A DNA stretch of 64,000 bases from Actinomycetota bacterium (lineage in GTDB: Bacteria > Actinomycetota > CADDZG01 > WHSQ01): the NCBI GenBank assembly GCA_034667525.1, contig JAXDJO010000015.1, positions 52,940 through 116,939 of the forward strand, written 5' to 3'. The notes under the pieces are model-generated. The model saw only the letters and a program-made list of their open reading frames with translations. It was not told the origin of the DNA and searched no databases. Below, one piece after another: positions 49,246-59,200 of the stretch. The stretch's first letter is position 1. The number at the start of each line of letters is the position of its first letter. A program made the position numbers and the translations under genes.

Positions 49246-50417
49246 CTTTCCCAGGTCTCGGCAACCGTTGCTACGTCTTTGTCTCCGCGACCGGAGAGCC
49301 CGACAAGCACGACCTCGGCATCGGATTCCCCCTTCAGAACGTGCGCCAGTGCGTGGGCAGGCTCCAACGCAGGCAGGATGCCTTCGGTCTCCCCCAGCAC
49401 TTTGAATGCCGCCAAGGCCTCGTCGTCGGTGATGGACGTGTAGGTCGCCCGGCCGCTGGCCGCCAGCCACGAATGCTCCGGCCCGACCCCCGGGTAATCC
49501 AGCCCGGCCGAGATCGAGTGAGCTTCCGTTATCAGGCCCTGGTCGTCCTGCAACAGCATGCTCCGCGCGCCGTGCAGAACACCTGGCCGTCCGCTGGTTA
49601 TCGCAGCACCGTGACGGCCATGGAGGCCCTCGCCCGCGGCCTCGACACCTATCAAGCGCACCTTCTCGTCGCGATAGAAGCTGCGAAACAAGCCGACCGC
49701 ATTGGAGCCCCCGCCCACGCATGCCACCACTTCATCGGGAAGCCCGCCGGCCATCTCCAGCATCTGGGCGCGAGCCTCGGTCCCGATCACCGATTGCAGG
49801 GAAGCGACAAGCTCCGGGTAAGGGTGCGGTCCTACGACTGACCCGATGACGTAATAGGTGTCCTCGACGTTGGTCACCCAGTCGCGCAGCGCTTCGTTGA
49901 TGGCGTCCTTCAACGTTTCCGAGCCGGCCTCGACCGGGACCACAACCGCTCCCAGCATCTGCATCCTGACCACGTTCAACTGCTGGCGGCGAACATCGGT
50001 TGCACCCATGTAGACAACGCACGGCAATCCGAAGAGGGCCGCAGCGGTGGCCGTTGCCACTCCGTGCTGACCGGCTCCCGTCTCCGCGATGATGCGCGTC
50101 TTTCCCATCCGTTGCGCGAGCAGGACCTGCCCGACGGTGTTGTTGATCTTGTGCGCGCCCGTGTGTGCGAGATCTTCCCGTTTCAACAGCACCCGCCGCC
50201 CCGCTCGTTCCGAGAACCGTCGCGCCTCATACAAAGGTGTCGGGCGCCCCACCACCGTCCGCCGAAGGTCGTCGAGCTCTGCGACGAAGGCTTCGTCATC
50301 GCGCGCCGCTTCCCATTCGCGCTCGAGCTCGTTCAACGCAGCCATCAACGCCTCGGGGACGTAACGCCCGCCGAACTCCCCGAAACGCCCGTCAGCATCC
50401 GGCACTTCGAAGTTCAC
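49242..50417 (-). CDS. trpB: Tryptophan synthase beta chain
   Basis: 391 aa with the [12 protein letters not shown]-lysine motif and GGGSNA. Confidence 0.97.
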   Translation of the reverse strand: MNFEVPDADGRFGEFGGRYVPEALMAALNELEREWEAARDDEAFVAELDDLRRTVVGRPTPLYEARRFSERAGRRVLLKREDLAHTGAHKINNTVGQVLLAQRMGKTRIIAETGAGQHGVATATAAALFGLPCVVYMGATDVRRQQLNVVRMQMLGAVVVPVEAGSETLKDAINEALRDWVTNVEDTYYVIGSVVGPHPYPELVASLQSVIGTEARAQMLEMAGGLPDEVVACVGGGSNAVGLFRSFYRDEKVRLIGVEAAGEGLHGRHGAAITSGRPGVLHGARSMLLQDDQGLITEAHSISAGLDYPGVGPEHSWLAASGRATYTSITDDEALAAFKVLGETEGILPALEPAHALAHVLKGESDAEVVLVGLSGRGDKDVATVAETWER

Positions 50418-51184
50418 GGGAGGCCCCGCAACTCTCGAAGCTTGGAGGCAGGATCGGGAGCGCGCACGAGGGCCTCTCCTACAAGAACGGCGTCGGCCCC
50501 CAGCTCCTCCAGAGCCTCCACGTCGGCGCGGGTGGAAACCCCCGACATGGCGACAAGCGTCGTCCCCTCCTCCAGCAGGGGAGCCAGCTTGGCGGATCCG
50601 TTGGGATCCACCTCGAAGCTCTCCAGATCGCGATGGTTCACCGCGATCAGCTCCGCCCCCGCAGCCCGCGCTCGCGCGAGATCGACTTCATCGAAGACCT
50701 CGACCAGCGGGTCCATGCCCAGAGCGCGGCACGAGTCGATCAGTTGTCTCAGATCGTCACCAAGCAAGCGCACGATCAACAGGACGGCATCCGCCCCCAC
50801 TGCCCGCGATTCCAGTATCTGGATCTCATCCAGGATGAAGTCCTTGCGCAGGATCGGCAGACCTGCCTGTCGGGCAGCACCGAGATCGTCCAACGACCCG
50901 TCAAAGTCTGCACGCTCCGTAAGCACGGAGATCGCGGCCGCGCCGCCTGCTGCGTATGCGCGTGCGATGCCCCCCGCGTCCAGACCGGGCGCAAGCGCTC
51001 CTCGGCTGGGGGTAGCCCGCTTGATCTCGGCGATCACGGCGATGCCCTCGTGGGTCAACGAGGCCCGGAAGGCGCGAGGAGGTTCGGCCTCGGCAGCTGC
51101 CGTTTCCAGATCCTTGCGGCCGGCGGCACGAAGATCCCGGAGGCGAGCGCGAGAGGCGTCGAGCAGACGCGGCAAGTAAGACAT
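50414..51184 (-). CDS. trpC: Indole-3-glycerol phosphate synthase
   Basis: 256 aa with [12 protein letters not shown] and RKDFILD motifs. It overlaps trpB by 4 nt. Confidence 0.93.
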   Translation of the reverse strand: MSYLPRLLDASRARLRDLRAAGRKDLETAAAEAEPPRAFRASLTHEGIAVIAEIKRATPSRGALAPGLDAGGIARAYAAGGAAAISVLTERADFDGSLDDLGAARQAGLPILRKDFILDEIQILESRAVGADAVLLIVRLLGDDLRQLIDSCRALGMDPLVEVFDEVDLARARAAGAELIAVNHRDLESFEVDPNGSAKLAPLLEEGTTLVAMSGVSTRADVEALEELGADAVLVGEALVRAPDPASKLRELRGLP

Positions 51185-51216
51185 CGACCTCCGACCCTAA
51201 GGTCCTGTTGACGGCC

Positions 51217-52050
51217 CTACTCGTGGCGCAAGTAGGAAAGCAGAACCGGCCCCAGCGTGGGGCCACCCTGGATCACGGTTTCGCGGAATCCCGCGCTGGC
51301 GAAGACGTCGCGGCTCAGCGTTCCGGATGCTGCGAGGTGGATATGAAGATCCTCCGCCGCCCTGCGGAGGGACGCCGCAGCAGGGCCCGCGGCGGAGATA
51401 GGCCCGGTGGTGTTCGCGACGTCTGCGAGGCGGATGATCTGAGGCCTGCTGCTCTGCTGCTTTAGCAGCTCGATCAGGCTGCGAGAGCCCACCTGGCCCC
51501 CATCCACGTTGACATGCTCGGCGCCCAGCGCGGCGAACTCTACCGAGTGCAGCGGCTCCATCACCCGCAGGGCGCGCGCCACCTCGAGGAAAGTGCCGAT
51601 CGCGGCACCATCGCTGGGGACCGCGGGCGCAGTGTCGTAGTTCACGACGATGACGGTCGAGGAGGTCCCGGAGGGCGCTAGGGCGATCACGTTGGTCGAG
51701 TGCAGGAGGTTCCCTACGGGAACCGGGTCCAACTTGACGAGATAACCGGCCTGCTCGAGCCGGGCGAGCAGGTAAGAGCCGGCCACCAGCTCTCCCTGCG
51801 AGCCTGCGGGCCGGCTCGGGTCGTTCCTGTCGAACCACTGGGCGTGACGCTGAACGACAGCAGGCTGCACCCTCGGTGGGCCGGTAGTGGGTGGCCTTCC
51901 TTTCGTTACGGTTCCCGCCGCACATCCGGTCAAGAGCAGCATCGCCACGGTCAAACCGAACCGTTTCGCCCGCTTACCTAACGGGACGCGGGGTGTGTTT
52001 CGCTCCGCCGCCGCCGGATCCGGGAGCGGGCCTCTAAGATGTCCGACCAT
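51217..52050 (-). CDS. M28 peptidase-like lipoprotein, possibly catalytically degenerate
   Basis: Lipobox LLLTGC preceded by KRAKR. The body resembles the aminopeptidase M28 fold (GSQGELVAGSYLLARLEQAG, NVIAL, FAALGAEH). The start (ATG 52050 or 52071) is uncertain. Confidence 0.5.
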   Translation of the reverse strand: MVGHLRGPLPDPAAAERNTPRVPLGKRAKRFGLTVAMLLLTGCAAGTVTKGRPPTTGPPRVQPAVVQRHAQWFDRNDPSRPAGSQGELVAGSYLLARLEQAGYLVKLDPVPVGNLLHSTNVIALAPSGTSSTVIVVNYDTAPAVPSDGAAIGTFLEVARALRVMEPLHSVEFAALGAEHVNVDGGQVGSRSLIELLKQQSSRPQIIRLADVANTTGPISAAGPAAASLRRAAEDLHIHLAASGTLSRDVFASAGFRETVIQGGPTLGPVLLSYLRHE

Positions 52051-52315
52051 GACCGACGCTGGGCGCCCCATCGCATGGATGGCACTGGATAAGGGAACCC
52101 CTGTGTACAGCTCTGATGGTGAGGAGATCGGTAAGGTCGCAACCGTCGTGGCGGACGTGCAGAAGGACATCTTCTCGGGCATCTCGTTCAAGCATGGGCT
52201 CCTCGGCACCGAGCATTTCGTTCCGGCAGACGCCATCGGAGAACTGACCGATCAAGCCGTTCACCTGAACCTATCCGCCGACCAAGCGCAGGAGCTTCAA
52301 CACCACAGCGGCTGA
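52049..52315 (+). CDS. PRC-barrel domain protein (88 aa)
   Basis: An internal ATG at 52049 gives MTDAGRPIAWMALDKGTPVYSSDGEEIGKVATV...VPADAI, a typical PRC-barrel/DUF2171 pattern. Confidence 0.6.
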   Translation: MTDAGRPIAWMALDKGTPVYSSDGEEIGKVATVVADVQKDIFSGISFKHGLLGTEHFVPADAIGELTDQAVHLNLSADQAQELQHHSG

Positions 52316-52335
52316 GCCGCAGGCTCGGGACGGGG

Positions 52336-53478
52336 CTAGGGTTCGAGATCGTAGGTGAAGGGATCGGTCAAGAACTCCACCCCACCTTCCGTAACGAGCA
52401 CCGTGTCCTCCAGACGCACTCCCCCGACGCCACCGAAGTAGAGACCCGGCTCCACCGCAACGACGTCACCCTCCTGAAGCTCATCCGAGCGTCTCCCCAG
52501 CGAAGGCCTCTCGTGCACCTGCAGCCCGACGCCGTGGCCTAGCGAATGCCAGAAACCTTCCTCTAACGGCCCGTCGCCGTCGTGATGCTCCCGCGTGGGG
52601 AACCCGTTCTCGTGGAAATAGTCGGAGACTTTCCGGTGAGCCGAGTCGGAACCGGGTTTGATGTTCTCGTAGGCGATGTCTAGCGCCTCGCGGCAACGCG
52701 TGTGCAGGTCTTTGAGCTTCTCGGAGGGCGTGCCGGGAACGAACGTCCGTGTCATGTCCGAATAGACACCTGTCTTTCGATCCCTGGGAAAGCAGTCGAT
52801 GATGCACGATTGGTCGGGGAGGATCGGTCCGGTGCCCATCTCGTGCCCCTTCAAGCAGGCATCGCCGGAGTGGATGATGATGTCTTCGGATTCGGCTCCC
52901 TGGGCGAGCAGCTCGGCCACCATCGCCTGCCGGACCCACTCTGCTGTCAAGATCTCACCTTCGAAGCGAAGCTGGCCTGTCGCCGTTGGTTCTGCTTCCC
53001 GGAGCATGCGGGCCGCTGCGAGCATCGCGTTCTCCGCAGCCCGCTGAGCGCGTTCGATGCCTTCCAACTCCCAGGGAGACTTGTGCCTCCTTCGGGCGAT
53101 CCACGCCTCCGGGTCTACGGTGACGGTGACACCATGCTCGCGGAGATGATCGGCGGTTAGGACCCTGAACGTTGGCGGAACGACGACCTCGGATACGCCT
53201 AACCTGCGTACGGCCCGCAGTGCCGTCTCTGCACCGAAGAGAGTTTGCGGGAAGGAGGGATCCTTGACCAACTCTTCGATGCCGAGGTCGAACATGTTCC
53301 AAAACTCATCGACGACGTCCTCCCGCGCTTCGAAGATGCTCGCTTCGAGCGAGCTACCCACCACGATCCGGCGCCCGTCATGATCGATAAAGACGAGGGG
53401 GTCCATCACTGGCTCGCCGATCTCGTGCCGCATCTCTGGGCTCCGGATCGCGTCGTCGTGCAGCAGGAGGGTCCTCAT
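52336..53478 (-). CDS. M24 family Xaa-Pro aminopeptidase/dipeptidase
   Basis: 380 aa with a creatinase-like N-domain and the metal-ligand blocks DCFPRD, HSLGHGVGLQVHE and VEPG. Confidence 0.88.
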   Translation of the reverse strand: MRTLLLHDDAIRSPEMRHEIGEPVMDPLVFIDHDGRRIVVGSSLEASIFEAREDVVDEFWNMFDLGIEELVKDPSFPQTLFGAETALRAVRRLGVSEVVVPPTFRVLTADHLREHGVTVTVDPEAWIARRRHKSPWELEGIERAQRAAENAMLAAARMLREAEPTATGQLRFEGEILTAEWVRQAMVAELLAQGAESEDIIIHSGDACLKGHEMGTGPILPDQSCIIDCFPRDRKTGVYSDMTRTFVPGTPSEKLKDLHTRCREALDIAYENIKPGSDSAHRKVSDYFHENGFPTREHHDGDGPLEEGFWHSLGHGVGLQVHERPSLGRRSDELQEGDVVAVEPGLYFGGVGGVRLEDTVLVTEGGVEFLTDPFTYDLEP

Positions 53479-53555
53479 CGAGGCCGCATCCTAGCGGCGG
53501 GTTCTCCGCGCTTGATCTCCTGTAGGAAGCTCTTCGAAGAGTCCAGGTTCTGAAC

Positions 53556-54107
53556 GTGTGGAACCATCTCGATCTGGAATCGGACATACAAACCGAGCGC
53601 CTGCTTCTGACCCCACTGCAGGTGGATCACGCCGATCTGCTCTTTCCCCTCCTCAAGGACGAAGGGCTGCACCGGTTCATCGGAGGAGCACCGCTGACGC
53701 TGGAAGAACTACGTGCCCGCTACGAGGTCCTCGCTCGGAGACTCTCCGCGGACGGAAAGGAGCTATGGCTCAATTGGATCGTGCGCAGGCGCGCCGATGA
53801 TGCCGCGGTTGGCACGATGCAGGCCACGGTGTCCGGCTCCCGCGCCGAGCTGGCCTGGGTGATGGGGCAACCATGGCAGGGCCGCGGGTATGCGAGCGAA
53901 GCCGCGAGATCGATCATCGAGTGGCTCGCCGGGTACGCGCTCGTTGACGAGGTTCGAGCCCACATCCATCCAGAGCATGCTGCTTCCGAACGCGTTGCTC
54001 GCGCCGTCGGTTTCGCCCCCACAGATGTCTTCGCGGAAGGAGAACGGATCTGGCGCCTGGGGATCGACGAGGGTCGAGCTCAGCCCTCTACCAGAGGCGG
54101 CTCGTAG
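53556..54107 (+). CDS. GNAT family N-acetyltransferase (RimJ/RimL-like)
   Basis: 183 aa, GTG start, with WQGRGYASEAARSII as the acetyl-CoA binding core. Its 3' end overlaps hisA by 28 nt (convergent). Confidence 0.8.
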   Translation: MWNHLDLESDIQTERLLLTPLQVDHADLLFPLLKDEGLHRFIGGAPLTLEELRARYEVLARRLSADGKELWLNWIVRRRADDAAVGTMQATVSGSRAELAWVMGQPWQGRGYASEAARSIIEWLAGYALVDEVRAHIHPEHAASERVARAVGFAPTDVFAEGERIWRLGIDEGRAQPSTRGGS

Positions 54108-54838
54108 AACTCGGAGGCGGCCCCGTCCGCAGCATGGATAGCCTCACCGAGATGGAACTTGTGATCGTAGAGAGCCCGGCCCACGATCGCACCTGCCACA
54201 CCGTCGCGGCGCATCCTCGCCACTGCACGTAGCTCATCGAGCGAACTGATGCCGCCTGCGGCTACCACCGGCAGCCGAGTGAGCGCGGTAACCCGTGCCA
54301 GACCTTCGAGATCGGGCCCCTTCATCGTGCCGTCGCGCGACACGTCGGTGTAGACAAACCTCGAAGCTCCCGCGTCTTCGAACGCGGCAACCACGTCGGT
54401 CACCGCCGCCCCCGTCCCGACCTTCCACTGGTCGCCTTCGAGGTGTCCCCCCGTGACGTCGAGAGACACTGCGATCCTCTCCCCGTACCGCTTGCAGATC
54501 TCGGCTACTTCGACGTCATCGTTCAAGGCCGCGGCCGTTAGAAGGACACGCGTCGCTCGGGCGGCCAGCAACTCCTCGACGTGTTCCCGATTCGTGACGC
54601 CTCCACCGGCTTGCACGGGCCGCGGCACGCGTCTGACCACCTCCAGAACCAGTTCCCGGTTGGCGGGGATGCCCGTCCTGGCACCATCCAGATCCACCAC
54701 GTGTAGCCAGCGGGCGCCCGCAGAACAGAAGCCGATCGCGACCTCCACCGGATCGTCCGAGTAGACCGAGTCGGAGCCGAAGCGGCCCTGCAGAACCCGA
54801 ACGCACCTGCCTCCTGAGATATCAACAGAAGGAAGCAC
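54080..54838 (-). CDS. hisA: ProFAR isomerase HisA (possibly bifunctional PriA type)
   Basis: The start was placed at GTG 54838 (VLPSVDISGGRCVRV...). 252 aa with the motifs LHVVDLDGA, GGGV, DVSRDGTMKG and AAGGISS. The upstream part of the 639-aa track ORF overlaps the preceding gene in another frame. Confidence 0.9.
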   Translation of the reverse strand: MLPSVDISGGRCVRVLQGRFGSDSVYSDDPVEVAIGFCSAGARWLHVVDLDGARTGIPANRELVLEVVRRVPRPVQAGGGVTNREHVEELLAARATRVLLTAAALNDDVEVAEICKRYGERIAVSLDVTGGHLEGDQWKVGTGAAVTDVVAAFEDAGASRFVYTDVSRDGTMKGPDLEGLARVTALTRLPVVAAGGISSLDELRAVARMRRDGVAGAIVGRALYDHKFHLGEAIHAADGAASEFYEPPLVEG

Positions 54839-54870
54839 GGTGAATCCTTCGCTCCCCCCGCGTGCTTCGC

Positions 54871-56142
54871 TCACGATCGCCGAAGATCCACACCGAGCGC
54901 GCCGGTCTCGGATCCTTCCGCCTCCGCAAGGGCACGCAGGTGCGAAGCCTCCGTGGGAAGCGAGGGTTCCGCTCCAGTGACCGGGATCGTCTTGATGAAG
55001 TCGCGCGGGGACACCGCAGACTCCCACCGAGCTCTGCCGCTCGACGGCAGGAGTCCGCCGGTACCGAAGATGGGGGCCGCAGCCGCCGGCGAGTCGCCGA
55101 GGAGGACCGAGCCGGCATTGCGCACGCGCGGCAACGTCGTCTCCGCGTCGGCTATCGAAAGCATCAGGCACTCGGGGGCGAAAGCGTTCGCTAGCTCGAA
55201 CGCTTGATCCAGATCTCGCACGAGGATGCCGCGGCCCCCTTCCACCAGTGCGTTCTCCACGTCTCCCGAGGGATCGTGCGCAGAGACCTCCATATCCAGC
55301 GCCGCAACCACTGCTTGAAGCAGCTCCGGTGACGCCGTCACGAGCACATGCGAGCCCTGCGCTCCTCGGGCCGCATGGGCGGCGAGGTCTTCCGCAAGCG
55401 TCTGGGGAGACGAGGTCTCGTCTGCAACGATGACGAGCTCCGGGGGGCCGGGCTCGGTGCCGGTTCCCACCCAGCCGCGCACCAACCTCAGCGCGTGCGC
55501 CACCTCCGGGCCGCCACTCGCGATCACTTTGTCCACCGGCCGAACCGTTTCCGTGCCGTAGGCCATCGCCGCAACGGCTGGAACGCCGCCGACGCGATAC
55601 ACCTCGTCGACCCCGCAGATGGAACATGCAGCGAGGACGGGATCCGCGATCTCGCCCGAGCCGGTGGGGGCCGAGCAGACCGCTATCCCGTCGACCCCGG
55701 CAACCCGAGCCGCTTGGATGTTCCCGATCAGGCCCGAGAGGCGGCCGGGGATATCCGGCGGTACGTGGATCCCAACCCGGCGTAACGGGCGCACCAATTC
55801 CCCTGCCGTCTCGCCTGCACCGCGCTCGAGCCACCCGAGGAGGGGGCTCTGTTGGTACGACCGTCGATACCCGGCCGCGAGAGCATCGAACGCATCCGCG
55901 AGACCTGACGGTGTTTGCGAGCGCGCCGCTGCGATGGCTTCGGGCTCGACCCGCAACCGATCCGGAGCCAACCGGACGCCATCGAGCCTGCTCGTCCACT
56001 CGAGCACGGCGATATCGCCGCGCAGGCGGACATCTTGCACGGTCTCCTTGACCCCCGCCTCCATGGTGGGCCGCTGACGACGCGTCGGTCGTTCGATGCG
56101 AAACGGAACACGCTCCTCACGCGCGTCGGACAGTTCGAGCAT
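54871..56142 (-). CDS. Histidinol dehydrogenase-like protein with apparently substituted active-site motifs
   Basis: 423 aa, collinear with HisD (VGGVPAVAAMAYGTETVRPVDKV, ELVIVADE, NAGSVLLGD). However, the QAEH, PEHL and NHVLPT motifs read HAAR, PECL and GGLLPS. Confidence 0.7.
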   Translation of the reverse strand: MLELSDAREERVPFRIERPTRRQRPTMEAGVKETVQDVRLRGDIAVLEWTSRLDGVRLAPDRLRVEPEAIAAARSQTPSGLADAFDALAAGYRRSYQQSPLLGWLERGAGETAGELVRPLRRVGIHVPPDIPGRLSGLIGNIQAARVAGVDGIAVCSAPTGSGEIADPVLAACSICGVDEVYRVGGVPAVAAMAYGTETVRPVDKVIASGGPEVAHALRLVRGWVGTGTEPGPPELVIVADETSSPQTLAEDLAAHAARGAQGSHVLVTASPELLQAVVAALDMEVSAHDPSGDVENALVEGGRGILVRDLDQAFELANAFAPECLMLSIADAETTLPRVRNAGSVLLGDSPAAAAPIFGTGGLLPSSGRARWESAVSPRDFIKTIPVTGAEPSLPTEASHLRALAEAEGSETGALGVDLRRS

Positions 56143-56267
56143 GAACGCACACTAGATGCTTGCCGCCCGGCCCCGGGTAGGCGAGGAACACCTGGTTCTC
56201 CAGATGGGCCCTGGCGAGGCCACGAGCGATCCCATCGTTTTCAGCGCGACAGGAGCGCGCGATCCGG

Positions 56268-59200
56268 TTAGATCGTGATGACTGCGTTCGGTCCCAGAAG
56301 AGCTTTCAATTCGGCGTGGAGACCGTTGTGGGTATCGACGTAGAACTCGCTGCCCAAGCGGAAGACCGTCGTCTTTATGGTCGTCACCAGATGCAGAAAC
56401 ACCTGTGTCGTGCCGGGATGGCTGGCAAGAACCTCCTTCAGTCCCTGAACCGTGTTAGACGTGCACGAGCCTGCCGGCAGATTGATGACAAGCGGCCGCT
56501 CGTCACCCAGGTTCGGCTCGATCACCTCTTGGGCGACGACCTTCACCGAGTCGTCGCGCACGTCCCGATCCACTCGCCCTTTGAGTAACAGGATCGCATC
56601 GGGACGCAGGAGGTGCGCACTCTGTTCGTATGTCTTGGGAAAGATCAAAGCTTCCACGATCGCCCCGGACATGTCTTCGATGTCGAGGAGAACCATCACC
56701 TCACCGCGTTTCGTCACTTTCTTGCGAACTTCGGCGACGAGGCCACCGATCGTGACGGCTTCGCCGGGCTTCTTTCCGCTGAGCGAGGCGATAGAAGAGT
56801 CGGTCATACGCGCGAGCAGGCCCTCGACACCGAGCAAGGGATGATCGGAGACATAGAGACCCAGAACGTCTCGCTCCATCGCCAACAGGATCTCTCGGGG
56901 AAATTCGTCGAGAGCGATGGGACGACTGTGATCATCGTCGCTGTCGAACAACGAGTCCTGTCCGATCTCCAACTGCCTCCGGCTCCCTATAACGTCTCCG
57001 CAGATGGACTCCGCGCTCTCGAGCAAACCCTTCCGCGTGTGACCCAGCGATTCGAAGGCGCCTGCCTTGATCAGTGATTCGATGGTTTTCTTGTTCAGGC
57101 ACGTGAAGTCGACCTTCCGGCAGAAATCCGGGAAGGATTCGAAGGCTCCGTTCTGTGTCCTTGCCTCGACGATCTTTTCGACCACGCCTTCACCGACGTG
57201 GCGGACCGCAGAGAGCCCGAATCGGACCGATTCTCCGACCGGTGTGAAGTCGCGATCCGAGGAGTTGACGTCGGGGATCAGAACGGGGATCTTCATCTTG
57301 CGCGCCACGTGCAAGTAATAGGGCTTGGAATCCTTGTTGTCCTTCACGGAGGTCAGGAGCGCGGCGATGTACTCCACGGGGTAATGAGCCTTCAGCCATG
57401 CGGTTTGATAGGCGATCTGCGCGTAGCCCGCGGCGTGAGCGCGATTGAAGGAATAGTCGGCGAACCGCTCGATCAACTCCCAGAGCTTGATCGCTTGAGC
57501 CTCCCCCACCCCAGCTTGCTGACAGCCGTCGATGAAACGAGGGCGCTCGGCGGCCATGATGTCGCGTTTCTTCTTCCCGATGGCCTTGCGCACCAGATCC
57601 GCCTCGCCCGGTGAGTAACCGGCGATCCGCTGCAGGGTTTGAACGATCTGTTCCTGAAAGACCAGAACGCCAAAGGTTTCTTTCGTGACCTCTTCCAGAG
57701 CCGGGTGCAGGTACTCGACTTTGGAAGCGTCATGCATGCGCTCGACGTAGGTGGGGATCTGCTCCATCGGGCCGGGCCGGTACAGCGCGATCATCGCCAT
57801 GACGTGCTCGAATCGGCTGGGCTGTAGTTGGACCAGGTAGCGGCGCATGCCTTCCGACTCCATCTGGAAAACCCCGTCGGTATCGCCCTGCTTCAGCATC
57901 TCGTAGACGGCGGGGTCGTCGAACGAGAGGTGGTCGACGTCGACGTCCGCTCCGCGATTGGCTTTGATGTAGTCGCGGGTCAGCTCGATCACCGTTAGGT
58001 TGCGCAACCCAAGGAAGTCCATCTTCAGGAGCCCCAGCTCCTCGACCCCGCTCATGTCGAACTGCGAAACGACCTCTCCGTGATCGCCGCGCTTCAGGGG
58101 TATGTGCTCGACCAAGGGATCGCGGCCTATCACCACGCCAGCAGCATGGATGCCCGCCGACCGCTTCAGGTTCTCGATCTTGTGGGCGGTGTCGATGATC
58201 TCCTTTGCGGCGCCTCCGGCCGCGTAAGCCTCCTTTAGCTCGGCGGAGCTCTCCATCGCCCTCTCCAAACCAGAGTCGCGGCCCATCACCAACGCGGGGT
58301 ACATCTTGGTGAGGCGGTCACCCTCGGCGTAGGGAAAACCCAGAACGCGCGCGGAGTCGCGTATCGCCTGCTTTCCCTTGATGGTGCCGTAGGTAACGAT
58401 CTGGGCGACGTGGTCGCTGCCGTACTTCTCCTGGACATAGCGAATGACTTCCCCGCGCCGCCGCTCATCGAAGTCGATATCGATATCGGGCATCTGCTTG
58501 CGCCCCGGATTCAAGAAGCGCTCGAACATCAGGTCGTAGCGCATCGGGTCCAACTCGGTGATGCCGAGGGCATACGAAACCACCGAACCTGCGGCGCTGC
58601 CTCGACCCGGCCCCACGCGTATCCCGTGCTGTTTGGCCCAATTCACGAAGTCCTGGACCACCAGGAAATAGCCTGCGAAACCCATCTCGCCGATAACGCG
58701 CAGTTCGTACTCGGCGCGTTCACGTAGCTCGCGGGTGACGTCGTCGAACCGGCGGGAGATCCCCTCCCAGACAAGCTCGGTCAGGTAGCCGTCGAGCGTC
58801 TTTCCGGAGGGCACATCGAAGCGAGGGAGTAAGAGGTTGCCGAGCTCGATGGTCACGTCGCATCGATCGGCCACTTCGAGCGTGGTCTCACATGCTCCCG
58901 GCCAGCGCTGGAACTTGGCAGCCATCTCTTCTGGTGTCTTCAGATAGAACTCGTCGGAGTCGAATTTGAAGCGGGTCGGATCGGACAGCTCGCTGCCGGT
59001 GTTGATGCACAGCAGCACCTCGTGAGCTCCTGCATCCGACTTGTGGGTGTAGTGGGAATCGTTCGTCGCGACCCATGGGATGCCCATCTCCCTTCCGATA
59101 GCGACGAGGTCGTCGTTCAACTTCGCCTGCACAGGGATGCCGTGTTCCTGCAGCTCGAGGTAGAAGCGGTCCCCGAATACCTCCCGGTACTCGGCAACCT

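Noticed and set aside
50064-51211. Plus-strand ORFs of 371 and 348 aa opposite trpB/trpC.
   Set aside because: They are antisense to well-supported trp genes, have low-complexity Arg/Ser/Pro-rich translations and contain no motifs.
54839-55999. The upstream 387 codons of the 639-aa minus-strand ORF that ends as HisA.
   Set aside because: It overlaps the HisD-like gene in a different frame and is extremely Arg/Gly-rich. HisA homology begins at GTG 54838, right after the HisD-like stop and an RBS-like GAAGGA.
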